64,000 nt of DNA from contig JAOPTW010000034.1 in assembly GCA_051532035.1 (NCBI GenBank), forward strand, positions 29,466-93,465. Reading direction: 5' to 3'. The position numbers and the translations under genes are program-made. The notes beneath the pieces were generated by a model that saw only the letters and a list, made by a program, of their open reading frames with translations, ran no database searches and was not told where the DNA came from. Below, piece after piece: positions 18,270 through 27,235 of this stretch; the stretch's first letter is position 1, and every line of letters starts with the position of its first letter. This stretch comes from Fibrobacterales bacterium. GTDB lineage: Bacteria > Fibrobacterota > Fibrobacteria > Fibrobacterales > JAOPTW01.

Positions 18270-19823
18270 CTACCTCCGATTAAATCTCGGTTTTCTCATG
18301 CGCTGTTCCCTTTTGGACTTTTGAGATATACTATCGATCTCAGGTGCCTGGACTTTCTGTATACTATCCTGAAAAATACTGTCTTTCATAATACTATCAC
18401 GAACTATCCGTTTTTTAATGAGCTCAGCTTTTCTTCGCTCTTGATCTGCTTTATAGAGAGGATACCATTTAAATGGATTAATGCGTGTATAGCGTATTTT
18501 CCCATAACGAATACTCCCCTTAGTACTCTTAATGGCCGTCTCGATATGTGCATGAGGCCCTGTTGTATTTCCAGAAATGCCAATAGTTGCAAGCACATCC
18601 CCCACATAGGCATCTTGATTGTCAAAAAAGAGCAACTTATTACAGTGGGCAAACGTGATTAGAAATGAATCATTATAAAGCGTTATCATGTTCCCACCCC
18701 GAGGATCAACACGTACATGAGCGTGACCGTCAATAGGTGCAAAAATATAGGCATCAAAGCTTGTTCCAATATCAATTGCAGGATGTTTGCGATGTGAACG
18801 CGTTTTCTTTTGTTGCCAATGATCTGTCAAATAGGCAATTGAGTCGCCATATATTGAAGTGTAAAAGTGATACGCTTCAGTAAGAGAATCATGTCGAGAA
18901 GTACTCAAAGAGTCCTCGATTGGATAGAAACGGACAACAGTTCCTTTACGTGGTTTATAACTTTTTATGGAGTCGGTGTAGATTGTTGAGCGATCAATAG
19001 TTGCCTGTAAGTAGTTCAGTATATCGATTGAGTCTGCAACCCATGACACCTCTTTAGATACTATGTGCCGCGCTATCCGGTAGACGCTTTCAGTACCTTG
19101 AAACTCATACTCATAGATATAATCTGCTTCATCGCTCTGCATTTCAGAAAAACTTTGAAGAGATCTCTGAAATAAAGGGTGGTACTGGGAAAAATAAAGT
19201 CCTACTACTGTTGCAATAACTAAACATACCGAGAACGCGATTGAAAGACTTGCATCATCACGTACTATAACCACACGTTTGTTTATCTCTTTAGCAATTA
19301 TTTCAGGGGCAAGTACCGCTATATCAGGTAAATCAGCCCATACAATGGAATATTTTGCCAAATAGCTTCTCAATGCTTGTGCACCACTATTTTGGACACC
19401 ATAAAAGAGTGTGCACCGAGATGCCTTGCTCAAAATATGAAGTTCTGGTTTCTCAAATGGGTCAACAACCAAGAAGATGTGAGTATAATACTGTTTGAGA
19501 AGAGAAACATTATAGAGAATGTCACTGATGTGCTTCTCGGCTCCAGCGCTCGAATAGTTGAAATGTAACTGGTGAATACCATTTTTTTCAATTACAATTT
19601 TGGGTGCAATTGATTGGGTACTCTTCTCATTTTCAAAATAAATATATCGTTCAACATCGCTGGTATCAGATTTATCTATAGTGATGAAAAGAGAGCTCGA
19701 TAGTTCATTTGAAAAACAGAACTGTGAGTATTCAATGGGTGATTCATGTTTAGATATACAAAAAACACCCTTAACGGGTGCTTTGTAAGATATCATGGTA
19801 TGGCCTTTTTTTTTCAAGCCCAT
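18270..19823 (-). CDS. Membrane-anchored M23 family metallopeptidase
   Basis: Central TM helix; M23 motifs HPAID, GGN, FAH, TGPHAH. Start uncertain (19823 or 19796). Confidence 0.75.
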   Translation of the reverse strand: MGLKKKGHTMISYKAPVKGVFCISKHESPIEYSQFCFSNELSSSLFITIDKSDTSDVERYIYFENEKSTQSIAPKIVIEKNGIHQLHFNYSSAGAEKHISDILYNVSLLKQYYTHIFLVVDPFEKPELHILSKASRCTLFYGVQNSGAQALRSYLAKYSIVWADLPDIAVLAPEIIAKEINKRVVIVRDDASLSIAFSVCLVIATVVGLYFSQYHPLFQRSLQSFSEMQSDEADYIYEYEFQGTESVYRIARHIVSKEVSWVADSIDILNYLQATIDRSTIYTDSIKSYKPRKGTVVRFYPIEDSLSTSRHDSLTEAYHFYTSIYGDSIAYLTDHWQQKKTRSHRKHPAIDIGTSFDAYIFAPIDGHAHVRVDPRGGNMITLYNDSFLITFAHCNKLLFFDNQDAYVGDVLATIGISGNTTGPHAHIETAIKSTKGSIRYGKIRYTRINPFKWYPLYKADQERRKAELIKKRIVRDSIMKDSIFQDSIQKVQAPEIDSISQKSKREQRMRKPRFNRR

Positions 19824-19830
19824 GAGATAT

Positions 19831-20223
19831 TTACCTCATGGCAGCTTTAAGCAAGTCCATTTTACCTTTAATTGCTTGAAAGCTTTCGAGGTTTTTATTG
19901 AATGTTTCCTGATTAGTTGGGAGATAAAACATCACATCCTTTTTACCAAGGCGACCTTTAAGAAACTCAGTTACGTTTCTTTTACTCACACCAATAAAGG
20001 GTCCATCGTCAAGATCTTCAAGAATATCGAAATATTTGAAGAGTGAGTGGTTTTTATTCCATCCGCGAGATTCAAAAATATAGGCGTCAGCTTGTGGAAC
20101 ACGATTTCCATCAAGAATATGCTCATATCCATACACTTCTAATTCGTGACTTGGATCATTGGTAACAAATGGAGTAAGATCATTGATAATAGCTTTATTA
20201 TCACATACTAAAACAAATTTCAT
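19831..20223 (-). CDS. Hypothetical protein, possibly a degenerate receiver-like fold
   Basis: 130-aa ORF between tRNA and M23 gene; begins MKFVLVCDN, with a YLP near the position of the REC KP. Confidence 0.6.
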   Translation of the reverse strand: MKFVLVCDNKAIINDLTPFVTNDPSHELEVYGYEHILDGNRVPQADAYIFESRGWNKNHSLFKYFDILEDLDDGPFIGVSKRNVTEFLKGRLGKKDVMFYLPTNQETFNKNLESFQAIKGKMDLLKAAMR

Positions 20224-20253
20224 AATTGGCCTTTTAAAATTTATTTTTAAAAA

Positions 20254-20327
20254 TACGGCTGCAAGGGTTCGAACCTTGGACCTACGGTTTAGAAAACCGT
20301 TGCTCTATCCAACTGAGCTACAGCCGC
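20254..20327 (-). tRNA. tRNA-Arg (anticodon TCT)
   Basis: Reverse complement GCGGCTGTAGCTCAGTTGGATAGAGCAACGGTTTTCTAAACCGTAGGTCCAAGGTTCGAACCCTTGCAGCCGTA folds as a cloverleaf; anticodon stem ACGGT/ACCGT, GTTCGA T-loop; CCA not encoded. Confidence 0.95.
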
Positions 20328-20538
20328 ATTTTAGCCTGAAATGGAATAGAACCGGAATTCTGCCCATTCAGATTTAATGACCCAAATTTAATCAAATGAG
20401 AAACACTTTTAAAGGAAATTTGTCATAATTGCAAAATTTTACTGTTTTTACACTTTAGTATTATGAGGCACACTGAAGAATATCTGAATTTCTTATATTT
20501 GGGTAACACAAACAATCAAGCAAAACGAGTTAACAGAC

Positions 20539-20802
20539 ATGGAACAACTAAACGGTATTCTCCCCTTAGTATTGATGATCCCTATATTCTACTTTTTCTT
20601 CATTCGCCCACAACAGCAAGAGGCCAAAAAAAAGAAAGAGATGCTAAAAAATCTTAAAAACGGCGATAAAGTACTCACTCAAGCAGGTATGTATGGAGTG
20701 GTAACGGCAGTTTCTGATGACGCTATAACACTTAAAGTTGCCGATGGTGTGAAAATTGATTTTAGTAGACCGTCAATAACTGAAAAAGTGGTTAAAGACT
20801 AA
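20539..20802 (+). CDS. yajC: Preprotein translocase subunit YajC
   Basis: IFYFFFIRPQQ, LK.GDKV.T.AG.YG.V. Confidence 0.93.
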   Translation: MEQLNGILPLVLMIPIFYFFFIRPQQQEAKKKKEMLKNLKNGDKVLTQAGMYGVVTAVSDDAITLKVADGVKIDFSRPSITEKVVKD

Positions 20803-20804
20803 AC

Positions 20805-21323
20805 ATGGCAATACTTGATATCAAAAAATATGGTTCTACAGTACTTCGCAAAAAAGCGGAGGCTGTATCAGAAGTAACCCCTGAACTGGTTACTTTTGCA
20901 GAAGATATGCTCGAAACCATGTATGATGCTCCTGGGGTTGGATTAGCAGCACCACAAGTAGGAAGGTCTATACAACTTATCGTCGTTGATGTAAGTAAAA
21001 CAGAAGAAAACAATGAGCCTTATATCATTTTTAATCCTGAAATAACCCCTGTAGAGGGATGCGAAACTGATATTGGAGAAGAAGGGTGCCTTTCGGTTCC
21101 TGATATCTATGCTGAGGTTGAACGTCCATCAGTAATTACACTAACTGGACTCAATGAGCGCGGTGAATCCATTGAGTTTAAAGAGGTTGATGGGTTTTTA
21201 GCACGGTGTTTTCAACATGAAGTAGATCACCTTAATGGTGCGCTCTTTGTCGATAAAATTAACGCGACCTCAAAAGCCATGCTCAAATCTAAACTCAAAA
21301 AAATGGCAAAAGATAATAAGTGA
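20805..21323 (+). CDS. def: Peptide deformylase
   Basis: GVGLAAPQVG, EGCLSVP, QHEVDHLNG. Confidence 0.96.
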   Translation: MAILDIKKYGSTVLRKKAEAVSEVTPELVTFAEDMLETMYDAPGVGLAAPQVGRSIQLIVVDVSKTEENNEPYIIFNPEITPVEGCETDIGEEGCLSVPDIYAEVERPSVITLTGLNERGESIEFKEVDGFLARCFQHEVDHLNGALFVDKINATSKAMLKSKLKKMAKDNK

Positions 21324-22705
21324 TGCCCAAGTATCTTCTTGTGCTTCTCCCCTTTCTGATACTGAGCTGTGCTCATATTCGTCGTGACATATATATGGAC
21401 GACATGGAATATGAGCGAATGGTTCAGCGGGAACTCGCTCCTATACGCTCTATGGAAGAATGGAACGAGATTCCAGATGACCCCACAGAGCGATCAAGGG
21501 ATTTTGGTTCTCTCACCCACTGGGAGACTGAGCCCAAAGTTTTTAAAAAAATATCACAACCCGATCTCCGTCACATAATACGTATCGGTTTGTTCATTAA
21601 TAAAAAGAACCATACCTTTACTCCCCAAAATGAGGTAACCCTCCGAATTAAAAAGAAAAACACTTGGAGTTCAAAAATACGAACCGCAGCGCCTATCACG
21701 ATCACTCGTGACAATTCTCGCATGCTTATTTTAGTAAACAACAAAAGATATTTTACAGAATCATCACTGCAAATTATACCCACCAATCCTCGAACAGGGG
21801 TCACAATAGATGGAGATGAGTCCTATCGTGGCTACTTTGAAGTGCGTCTGAACAGTTCTCATTTAACTCTTATTAATGAGCTTCCTATCGAGGAATACTT
21901 AAGAGGGGTCCTCCCTCATGAAATGGGACATCGAAAAGAAAACCATCTTGAAGCTCTTCGGGCACAAGCTATTTCCGCTCGAACCTATACCTATAAACAC
22001 CTCAACTCTCGTAAACAGTATCACTTTGACCTCTTTGCAGATGTGCGAGATCAGATGTATAAAGGAATTAATAGTGAATATGGACTCAGTGATTTCGCAG
22101 TGATGAGTACAAAAGGTGTAGTCATCACCCATAGCGACACTCTTATTGACGCTTATTATCACAGTACCTGCGGCGGTAGAACAGCATCCATTCACAACGT
22201 GTGGCCCAACGCCTCCCCAACCCCTTATCTTATTACTGCCCCCGATACTCGTCCCGATGGCACCCCATGGTGCTCTCAATCTAGGTTTGTCAACTGGACT
22301 CTCGACTGGAAACGTTCAGAGATCATTACCAATGCAAACAACTATTTGAAAAAAACCAATTCTTCTGCAAAACATTTTAGTCGCCTTGATCGTCTAGAGA
22401 TTTTTGGATGGACTCATTCTGGACGAATCAAAGAGCTACGCTTAAATACGAATAGCGGAAACTACACTGTCACTAGTGACAAATCAAGATGGGCACTCAG
22501 AAGGCCAGGGAATAAATCAATTTTAATGAGTAGTCGATTTAAGCTTCAAAAAACAAAATCTGGTTACCGCGCAATTGGTAAAGGATTTGGTCACGGTATT
22601 GGTTTTTGTCAAATGGGAGCGATGAGTCGATCTGGTGCAGGGCAACCGTATGAACAGATTATTAAAGCGTACTATTCAGGCACTGAACTTGTTGAGCTTG
22701 AATAA
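21320..22705 (+). CDS. SpoIID/LytB-domain lipoprotein (lytic transglycosylase-like)
   Basis: Lipobox ILSC; YRG, EEYLRGV.P.EM, EALRAQAI.ARTY, DQ.Y.G, YHSTCGG.T, GFGHG.G.CQ.GA. Confidence 0.88.
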   Translation: MMPKYLLVLLPFLILSCAHIRRDIYMDDMEYERMVQRELAPIRSMEEWNEIPDDPTERSRDFGSLTHWETEPKVFKKISQPDLRHIIRIGLFINKKNHTFTPQNEVTLRIKKKNTWSSKIRTAAPITITRDNSRMLILVNNKRYFTESSLQIIPTNPRTGVTIDGDESYRGYFEVRLNSSHLTLINELPIEEYLRGVLPHEMGHRKENHLEALRAQAISARTYTYKHLNSRKQYHFDLFADVRDQMYKGINSEYGLSDFAVMSTKGVVITHSDTLIDAYYHSTCGGRTASIHNVWPNASPTPYLITAPDTRPDGTPWCSQSRFVNWTLDWKRSEIITNANNYLKKTNSSAKHFSRLDRLEIFGWTHSGRIKELRLNTNSGNYTVTSDKSRWALRRPGNKSILMSSRFKLQKTKSGYRAIGKGFGHGIGFCQMGAMSRSGAGQPYEQIIKAYYSGTELVELE

Positions 22706-22725
22706 ATTCAAGCCACGCTCCTTTA

Positions 22726-23193
22726 TTAAAGAATTACTTCTTCACCAAGACTTTCGTACCATGTCTGACCCGTTGCCATTTTGAGGTAAAGAGTTCGCGG
22801 CTTATTCCCCCCAACACACTCAGCGTCGATAAAGACGCTATTTTTCCAAAGTAATTTACGTGCAATAAGAATGTTTCGTTCACCTATTCTAAAGTGAACA
22901 TCTCCAATTGAGCTTCCGCCCGCCATCACTGTTCGAATATTCTTTTTAGATGCACCGTAACTATACATAGTATGAAACAACTCCGGTATAGCATAATCCC
23001 CAAACTCAAGTTTTTTTTCTTGAGAGGCAAAATTGTGTGACCACGTGGGCAGCTTATAATGAATCATCCCACCCACACAAGCAATATGATCATACGCAAC
23101 AATACCGATACATGATCCCAGGGAGTGGGTTACGATTATATCCTCAGGCACATTTGAAACAATAAATCCACCGATACCAATTGTTTTAATCAT
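22726..23193 (-). CDS. cheD: Chemoreceptor glutamine deamidase CheD (copy 2)
   Basis: LGSCIGI, GMIHYKLP, AGG, IGERN, VGG..PR. Confidence 0.88.
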   Translation of the reverse strand: MIKTIGIGGFIVSNVPEDIIVTHSLGSCIGIVAYDHIACVGGMIHYKLPTWSHNFASQEKKLEFGDYAIPELFHTMYSYGASKKNIRTVMAGGSSIGDVHFRIGERNILIARKLLWKNSVFIDAECVGGNKPRTLYLKMATGQTWYESLGEEVIL

Positions 23194-24218
23194 GAGAGGT
23201 GTGCCATAGCATGAGTAGTTATTTTATCGAGAGGGAGTATGACCGATCCAGCATCCACTTTTTCTGCAGCGCCAGGCATACCATAGACGACCGAGGTTTC
23301 TCTGTTTTGAATAATAGTATAGCCACCTGCATCTTTAATCTTTTTAAGACCAACAGCTCCATCACTTCCCATTCCCGTCAGAATGATGCCAATTGCATTT
23401 GCACCAACATATTGAGCAACGGTAGTAAAGAGCACTTCAACAGCAGGTCTTTGATAATGAATCCTTGGCCCTTGGTTCAAGTCAACATAATATTGAGCAC
23501 CCGATCGATTGACGAGCATATGATAGTTACCCGGTGCAATAAGAGCAGTACCTTGTAAGATTCTGTCCTTTGGTTTTGCCTCGCGAACCTCAATTACACA
23601 TAACTCATTGAGCCGTTCTGCAAAAGATTTTGTAAACTCTGCAGGCATATGTTGTACAATAACTATACCCGGCGCATTTGCAGGCATAGCGGTGAGCACA
23701 TCGTGAATAGCGTTAGTCCCACCTGTTGAGGCCCCTATTGCAATAATTTTATTTGTTGTTTCTGTCAGCGAATGACGAACTATCTGTTGAGAAGTTTCTA
23801 CCCCCGCAGTTTTTCGTTTAGGAAAATTGCGGACTTGTGCAGCGGCTCTTATTTGTTCAATAAGTGTCGGAATAACCTCTTCAATTGTGTATGCAGAGCC
23901 AGGTTTACAGAGCACATCTGTAGCGCCAATATCAAGAGCTTCCATTGCCATGGCACCATTTTTTGGGGTAAGTGAACTGACAATGATTGTGGGAATGGGG
24001 TAGTGGGTCATTATTTTTTTTAAAAAAGTGAGCCCATCCATTCTTGGCATTTCGATATCGAGAGTCATAACATCGGGCTTTAATTGAATAATTTTTTCGC
24101 GCGCAATGTATGGGTCTGCGGCTGTCCCAACAACCGTTATCCCTTCAACTGCCTGTAGCGATTTTTCTAATACACTTCTTACTACTGCAGAATCATCAAC
24201 AATAAGAACAGAAATCAT
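23190..24218 (-). CDS. cheB: Chemotaxis response regulator methylesterase
   Basis: REC domain plus catalytic GASTGG, QHMP, GMGSDG. Confidence 0.96.
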   Translation of the reverse strand: MISVLIVDDSAVVRSVLEKSLQAVEGITVVGTAADPYIAREKIIQLKPDVMTLDIEMPRMDGLTFLKKIMTHYPIPTIIVSSLTPKNGAMAMEALDIGATDVLCKPGSAYTIEEVIPTLIEQIRAAAQVRNFPKRKTAGVETSQQIVRHSLTETTNKIIAIGASTGGTNAIHDVLTAMPANAPGIVIVQHMPAEFTKSFAERLNELCVIEVREAKPKDRILQGTALIAPGNYHMLVNRSGAQYYVDLNQGPRIHYQRPAVEVLFTTVAQYVGANAIGIILTGMGSDGAVGLKKIKDAGGYTIIQNRETSVVYGMPGAAEKVDAGSVILPLDKITTHAMAHLS

Positions 24219-24670
24219 ACCTGATCAAGTGTAAAGTTAAATAGAATTGGGTGATCATCAGCAACAATCCAAAGAGAATACTCACTTTCCAAATCAGCAT
24301 CTAAACATGACATATCAATGAGTTCCGGAATGGTAAGATTATATACCCCTTCAGTCCCGTAAAGTTCGGTAATTAAAAGCCCTGTAATCATATTTAAAAC
24401 CTCTTTACCGGCATCTAATTCAACACTATCATTTTGTGTTGACTCCTCTTCAACTCCAAGCATATTAGCGGCAAAAAGCGCGAGAAGCTCATCAGAAGTC
24501 CACATATGTAAGACGCCAGTATGGGCTCCATTAAATTCGATTTTTATCCCTTTTGAAGTCCAGTCTTTCTCTGGTATCTCTTCTAAGAAATCATCAGTAA
24601 AAACAAAAGCAGCTCCTTCGAGTGTTTCACAAATAACCGCTCGAGCAACTTTTTCAAGATCATTCTTCAT
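24215..24670 (-). CDS. cheX: CheX-like phosphatase
   Basis: I.F.G...G, AANMLG, D..KEVLNMI.G (ExxN motif), IP. Confidence 0.75.
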   Translation of the reverse strand: MKNDLEKVARAVICETLEGAAFVFTDDFLEEIPEKDWTSKGIKIEFNGAHTGVLHMWTSDELLALFAANMLGVEEESTQNDSVELDAGKEVLNMITGLLITELYGTEGVYNLTIPELIDMSCLDADLESEYSLWIVADDHPILFNFTLDQV

Positions 24671-25049
24671 CCCAGCCTCCTAAAATTTCAAGTAGGGTAT
24701 CACGTAATTTTTCTGGACGAGATGGCTTGCGAAGATATCCTGAAATCCCCATCTCCTTTAACTCTTCCATTCTCGTTTTACTTCCCTCTGTTGATATCAC
24801 TATAATAGGAATATCTTTATACTCGTTATGACTTTTCATATACTGAACCAGCTCTACCCCATTCATATTTGGCATATTTATATCAGTCAATACAATATCC
24901 ACAAAGTTTGTTTTCAATTTTTCGAGTGCAAGAACACCATCCTCAGCCTGGATAATTTCCTCTATTGGAAGTTTAGTCATGCTCAGGGTTCTTTCTAACG
25001 CCCCTCGTATAGTATTTGAATCATCAACAATTAATATTGTATAAGACAT
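24660..25049 (-). CDS. cheY: CheY-like single-domain response regulator
   Basis: ILIVDDS, LTDINMP.MNG, ISTE, KP; within the che cluster. Confidence 0.85.
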   Translation of the reverse strand: MSYTILIVDDSNTIRGALERTLSMTKLPIEEIIQAEDGVLALEKLKTNFVDIVLTDINMPNMNGVELVQYMKSHNEYKDIPIIVISTEGSKTRMEELKEMGISGYLRKPSRPEKLRDTLLEILGGWDEE

Positions 25050-25097
25050 AGGTCACCTATTCTTTTCACAGTTATAAATAATACAGACATTCTTTTT

Positions 25098-25940
25098 TTA
25101 TTCATACATTAACAGCACTTCTTGAAGCTTCATCGCCCCTTCTGCACACAACAGCTCAACTTGATTACCCGTAATACCTAAACGATCAAGGCATCCATCA
25201 TCAATAACAATATTCATACCTTCACGACCAATACCAGCTCCAATCATACGGGCTGAAATATTAGCCACGCGTACTATATCAGTAAGAGTATTCTGCCCCT
25301 CTTCAATAGAATGGTGGTTTTTTACAGCAAGTGCCATTGTTTCGGGTAGCCCCCACGCTTTTAAAATCTCATATCCAACATCAGCATGAGAAATACCAAG
25401 AACATTTCTTTCAGCCTGCTCATCTGAAAGGTCTGGAGAAAAGTCTATTTGTTTCCAAATCTCTTTAATTACATTTTCATCGAGAGCTCTACAAAGTACT
25501 AACTTCCCTACATCATGAAGAAGTGCAGTAGTAAATCCTAATTTTTCATCTGAAGGCTCTTTCCGGATACGGCCTATTTCATCAGCAACAATGGCGGCAG
25601 CAACACTATGATTCCATAGGTCTTTCTCTGAATATCCGTAGACATCCATGGTTACATTCATTTGCCCCTTAACCCCTTTGCCCAATAGATATTTTAAGAT
25701 ACGCTGACCACCCAACCGAATCACAGCATTTTTAATTGAAGTAATTTCAACTCGGGAAGCAGACATAGCTGAATTGGCAAATTTAAGGACATCCATCGTA
25801 GCCGCTTCATCAAACTGAATGACCTCAACGATATCTTCAATATCACTTTCGAGGTCATTGACTAACGTCGCCAACCGTCCTATAGAAGGCGATAGAGGTG
25901 TCAGGTCTTCTATTTTAGCTAATATTTCATTTACCATCAT
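25098..25940 (-). CDS. HDOD-domain protein
   Basis: ANSA, AVIRLG, LW.HS, LLHDVGK, HADVG..L..W.LP, HH. Confidence 0.9.
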   Translation of the reverse strand: MMVNEILAKIEDLTPLSPSIGRLATLVNDLESDIEDIVEVIQFDEAATMDVLKFANSAMSASRVEITSIKNAVIRLGGQRILKYLLGKGVKGQMNVTMDVYGYSEKDLWNHSVAAAIVADEIGRIRKEPSDEKLGFTTALLHDVGKLVLCRALDENVIKEIWKQIDFSPDLSDEQAERNVLGISHADVGYEILKAWGLPETMALAVKNHHSIEEGQNTLTDIVRVANISARMIGAGIGREGMNIVIDDGCLDRLGITGNQVELLCAEGAMKLQEVLLMYE

Positions 25941-26413
25941 AATTCTATCTTTTGTCCGTGTGAAGTGAACCAGGCTTTACCTGAGCCTATTTCTAAATAG
26001 AGTGTCCGGGGGAAAGTCCCGCCAACATGCTCTGCATCAATTAACACATTGTTTTTCCAAAACAATTTTCTAGCAATGGTTATATTGCGTGATCCAATAT
26101 CAAACTTTCCTTTCTCACCAATAACATGAGCTCCACCTGCCATCACCACACGCATATTTTCTTTTTTCGCACCGAGTTCATAAGCCTTTTGAAAAAATGC
26201 CGGTATCCCCGTATCACCAAACATAAATGGCTTTAAAAGTGCCTTCTCTTTATCGATTTTTGATTGAGGTAGCATATAGTGAAGTATTCCCCCTACATTT
26301 ACCTCAGGGTCAAACAGTGCTATACCTATACATGAACCAAGGGCATGGGTTACTACAACATCATCACTCTGTGTACCAAACCCCATTTCAGATATGCCTA
26401 CAGTATATCTCAT
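25937..26413 (-). CDS. cheD: Chemoreceptor glutamine deamidase CheD (copy 1)
   Basis: LGSCIGI, GILHYMLP, F.DTGI, AGGA, IGSRN. Confidence 0.9.
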   Translation of the reverse strand: MRYTVGISEMGFGTQSDDVVVTHALGSCIGIALFDPEVNVGGILHYMLPQSKIDKEKALLKPFMFGDTGIPAFFQKAYELGAKKENMRVVMAGGAHVIGEKGKFDIGSRNITIARKLFWKNNVLIDAEHVGGTFPRTLYLEIGSGKAWFTSHGQKIEL

Positions 26414-26414
26414 A

Positions 26415-27218
26415 TCATACCTTTAAATAGATGGAGGGTTTAATAGTTTTAAATTTATTTTCGATGCCTGTTAAACTTTCAGAATGACTAATGACAAGAT
26501 ATCCACCTGGTTTTAATAAACGGTACGCTTCATCAACAATACGCTTTCGAATAATATTATCAAAATAGATCATTACATTTCTGCAAAATATCATATCCAT
26601 CGGTCCGCTCATTGGATACGGTGCTTCAATCAGATTGAGTCGTGCAAATTTAATCATAGATTTTAGAGTATTCGTTGCCACAAAGTTTTTTTCACCTTGG
26701 GATATTTTTTCTGTAAAATATTTTTTCTTATACGCTAAGGGAACATTGTGTAAGCTTTTATCAGGATACTCCCCTGCCTTACATTTCTCGAGAACTGCTG
26801 TTGAAATATCTGTTGCCAGCATTTTAACATCTATATTCTTCCCACTCATCACTTCTTGCAACGTCATTGCAAGAGTATAAGGTTCCTCACCAGAAGAAGC
26901 CGCGGCACACCATATTTTAAAGTTCTTCTGGCCGTTTCTGATCCAGGTATCCATCAATTCAGTCAAAAAACCAAAGTGATCAGGCTCTCGATAAAAACTA
27001 GTGAAGTTGGTAGAGATGACATCAAGTAGTTGTACTAATTCATTACCACTATTATCATTTTTTAAAAAGTTTAGGTATTCCGACTCATTTGACAGCTTTA
27101 ATTTACGCAATCGTTTAGCAAGACGCGCAGAAACAAGTGCTTCTTTGGAGTCAAGTGTTATACCTGCCTTTGCATAGACAATATTTTTAATTTCTACAAA
27201 TACTTCTGTGTCCATCAT
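26415..27218 (-). CDS. cheR: Chemotaxis protein methyltransferase
   Basis: TNFTSFYRE, WCAAASSGEEPY, ATDIS, IFCRNVMIYF, HSESL. Confidence 0.95.
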   Translation of the reverse strand: MMDTEVFVEIKNIVYAKAGITLDSKEALVSARLAKRLRKLKLSNESEYLNFLKNDNSGNELVQLLDVISTNFTSFYREPDHFGFLTELMDTWIRNGQKNFKIWCAAASSGEEPYTLAMTLQEVMSGKNIDVKMLATDISTAVLEKCKAGEYPDKSLHNVPLAYKKKYFTEKISQGEKNFVATNTLKSMIKFARLNLIEAPYPMSGPMDMIFCRNVMIYFDNIIRKRIVDEAYRLLKPGGYLVISHSESLTGIENKFKTIKPSIYLKV

Positions 27219-27235
27219 ATATTAACAGTATCCTC

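Noticed and set aside
20230..20330. tRNA as an integration site (genomic island)
   Set aside because: No integrase and no duplicate of the tRNA 3' end seen in the window; flanking genes are housekeeping or metabolic.
20159..20377. 72-aa + strand ORF
   Set aside because: Antisense reading of the tRNA-Arg gene.
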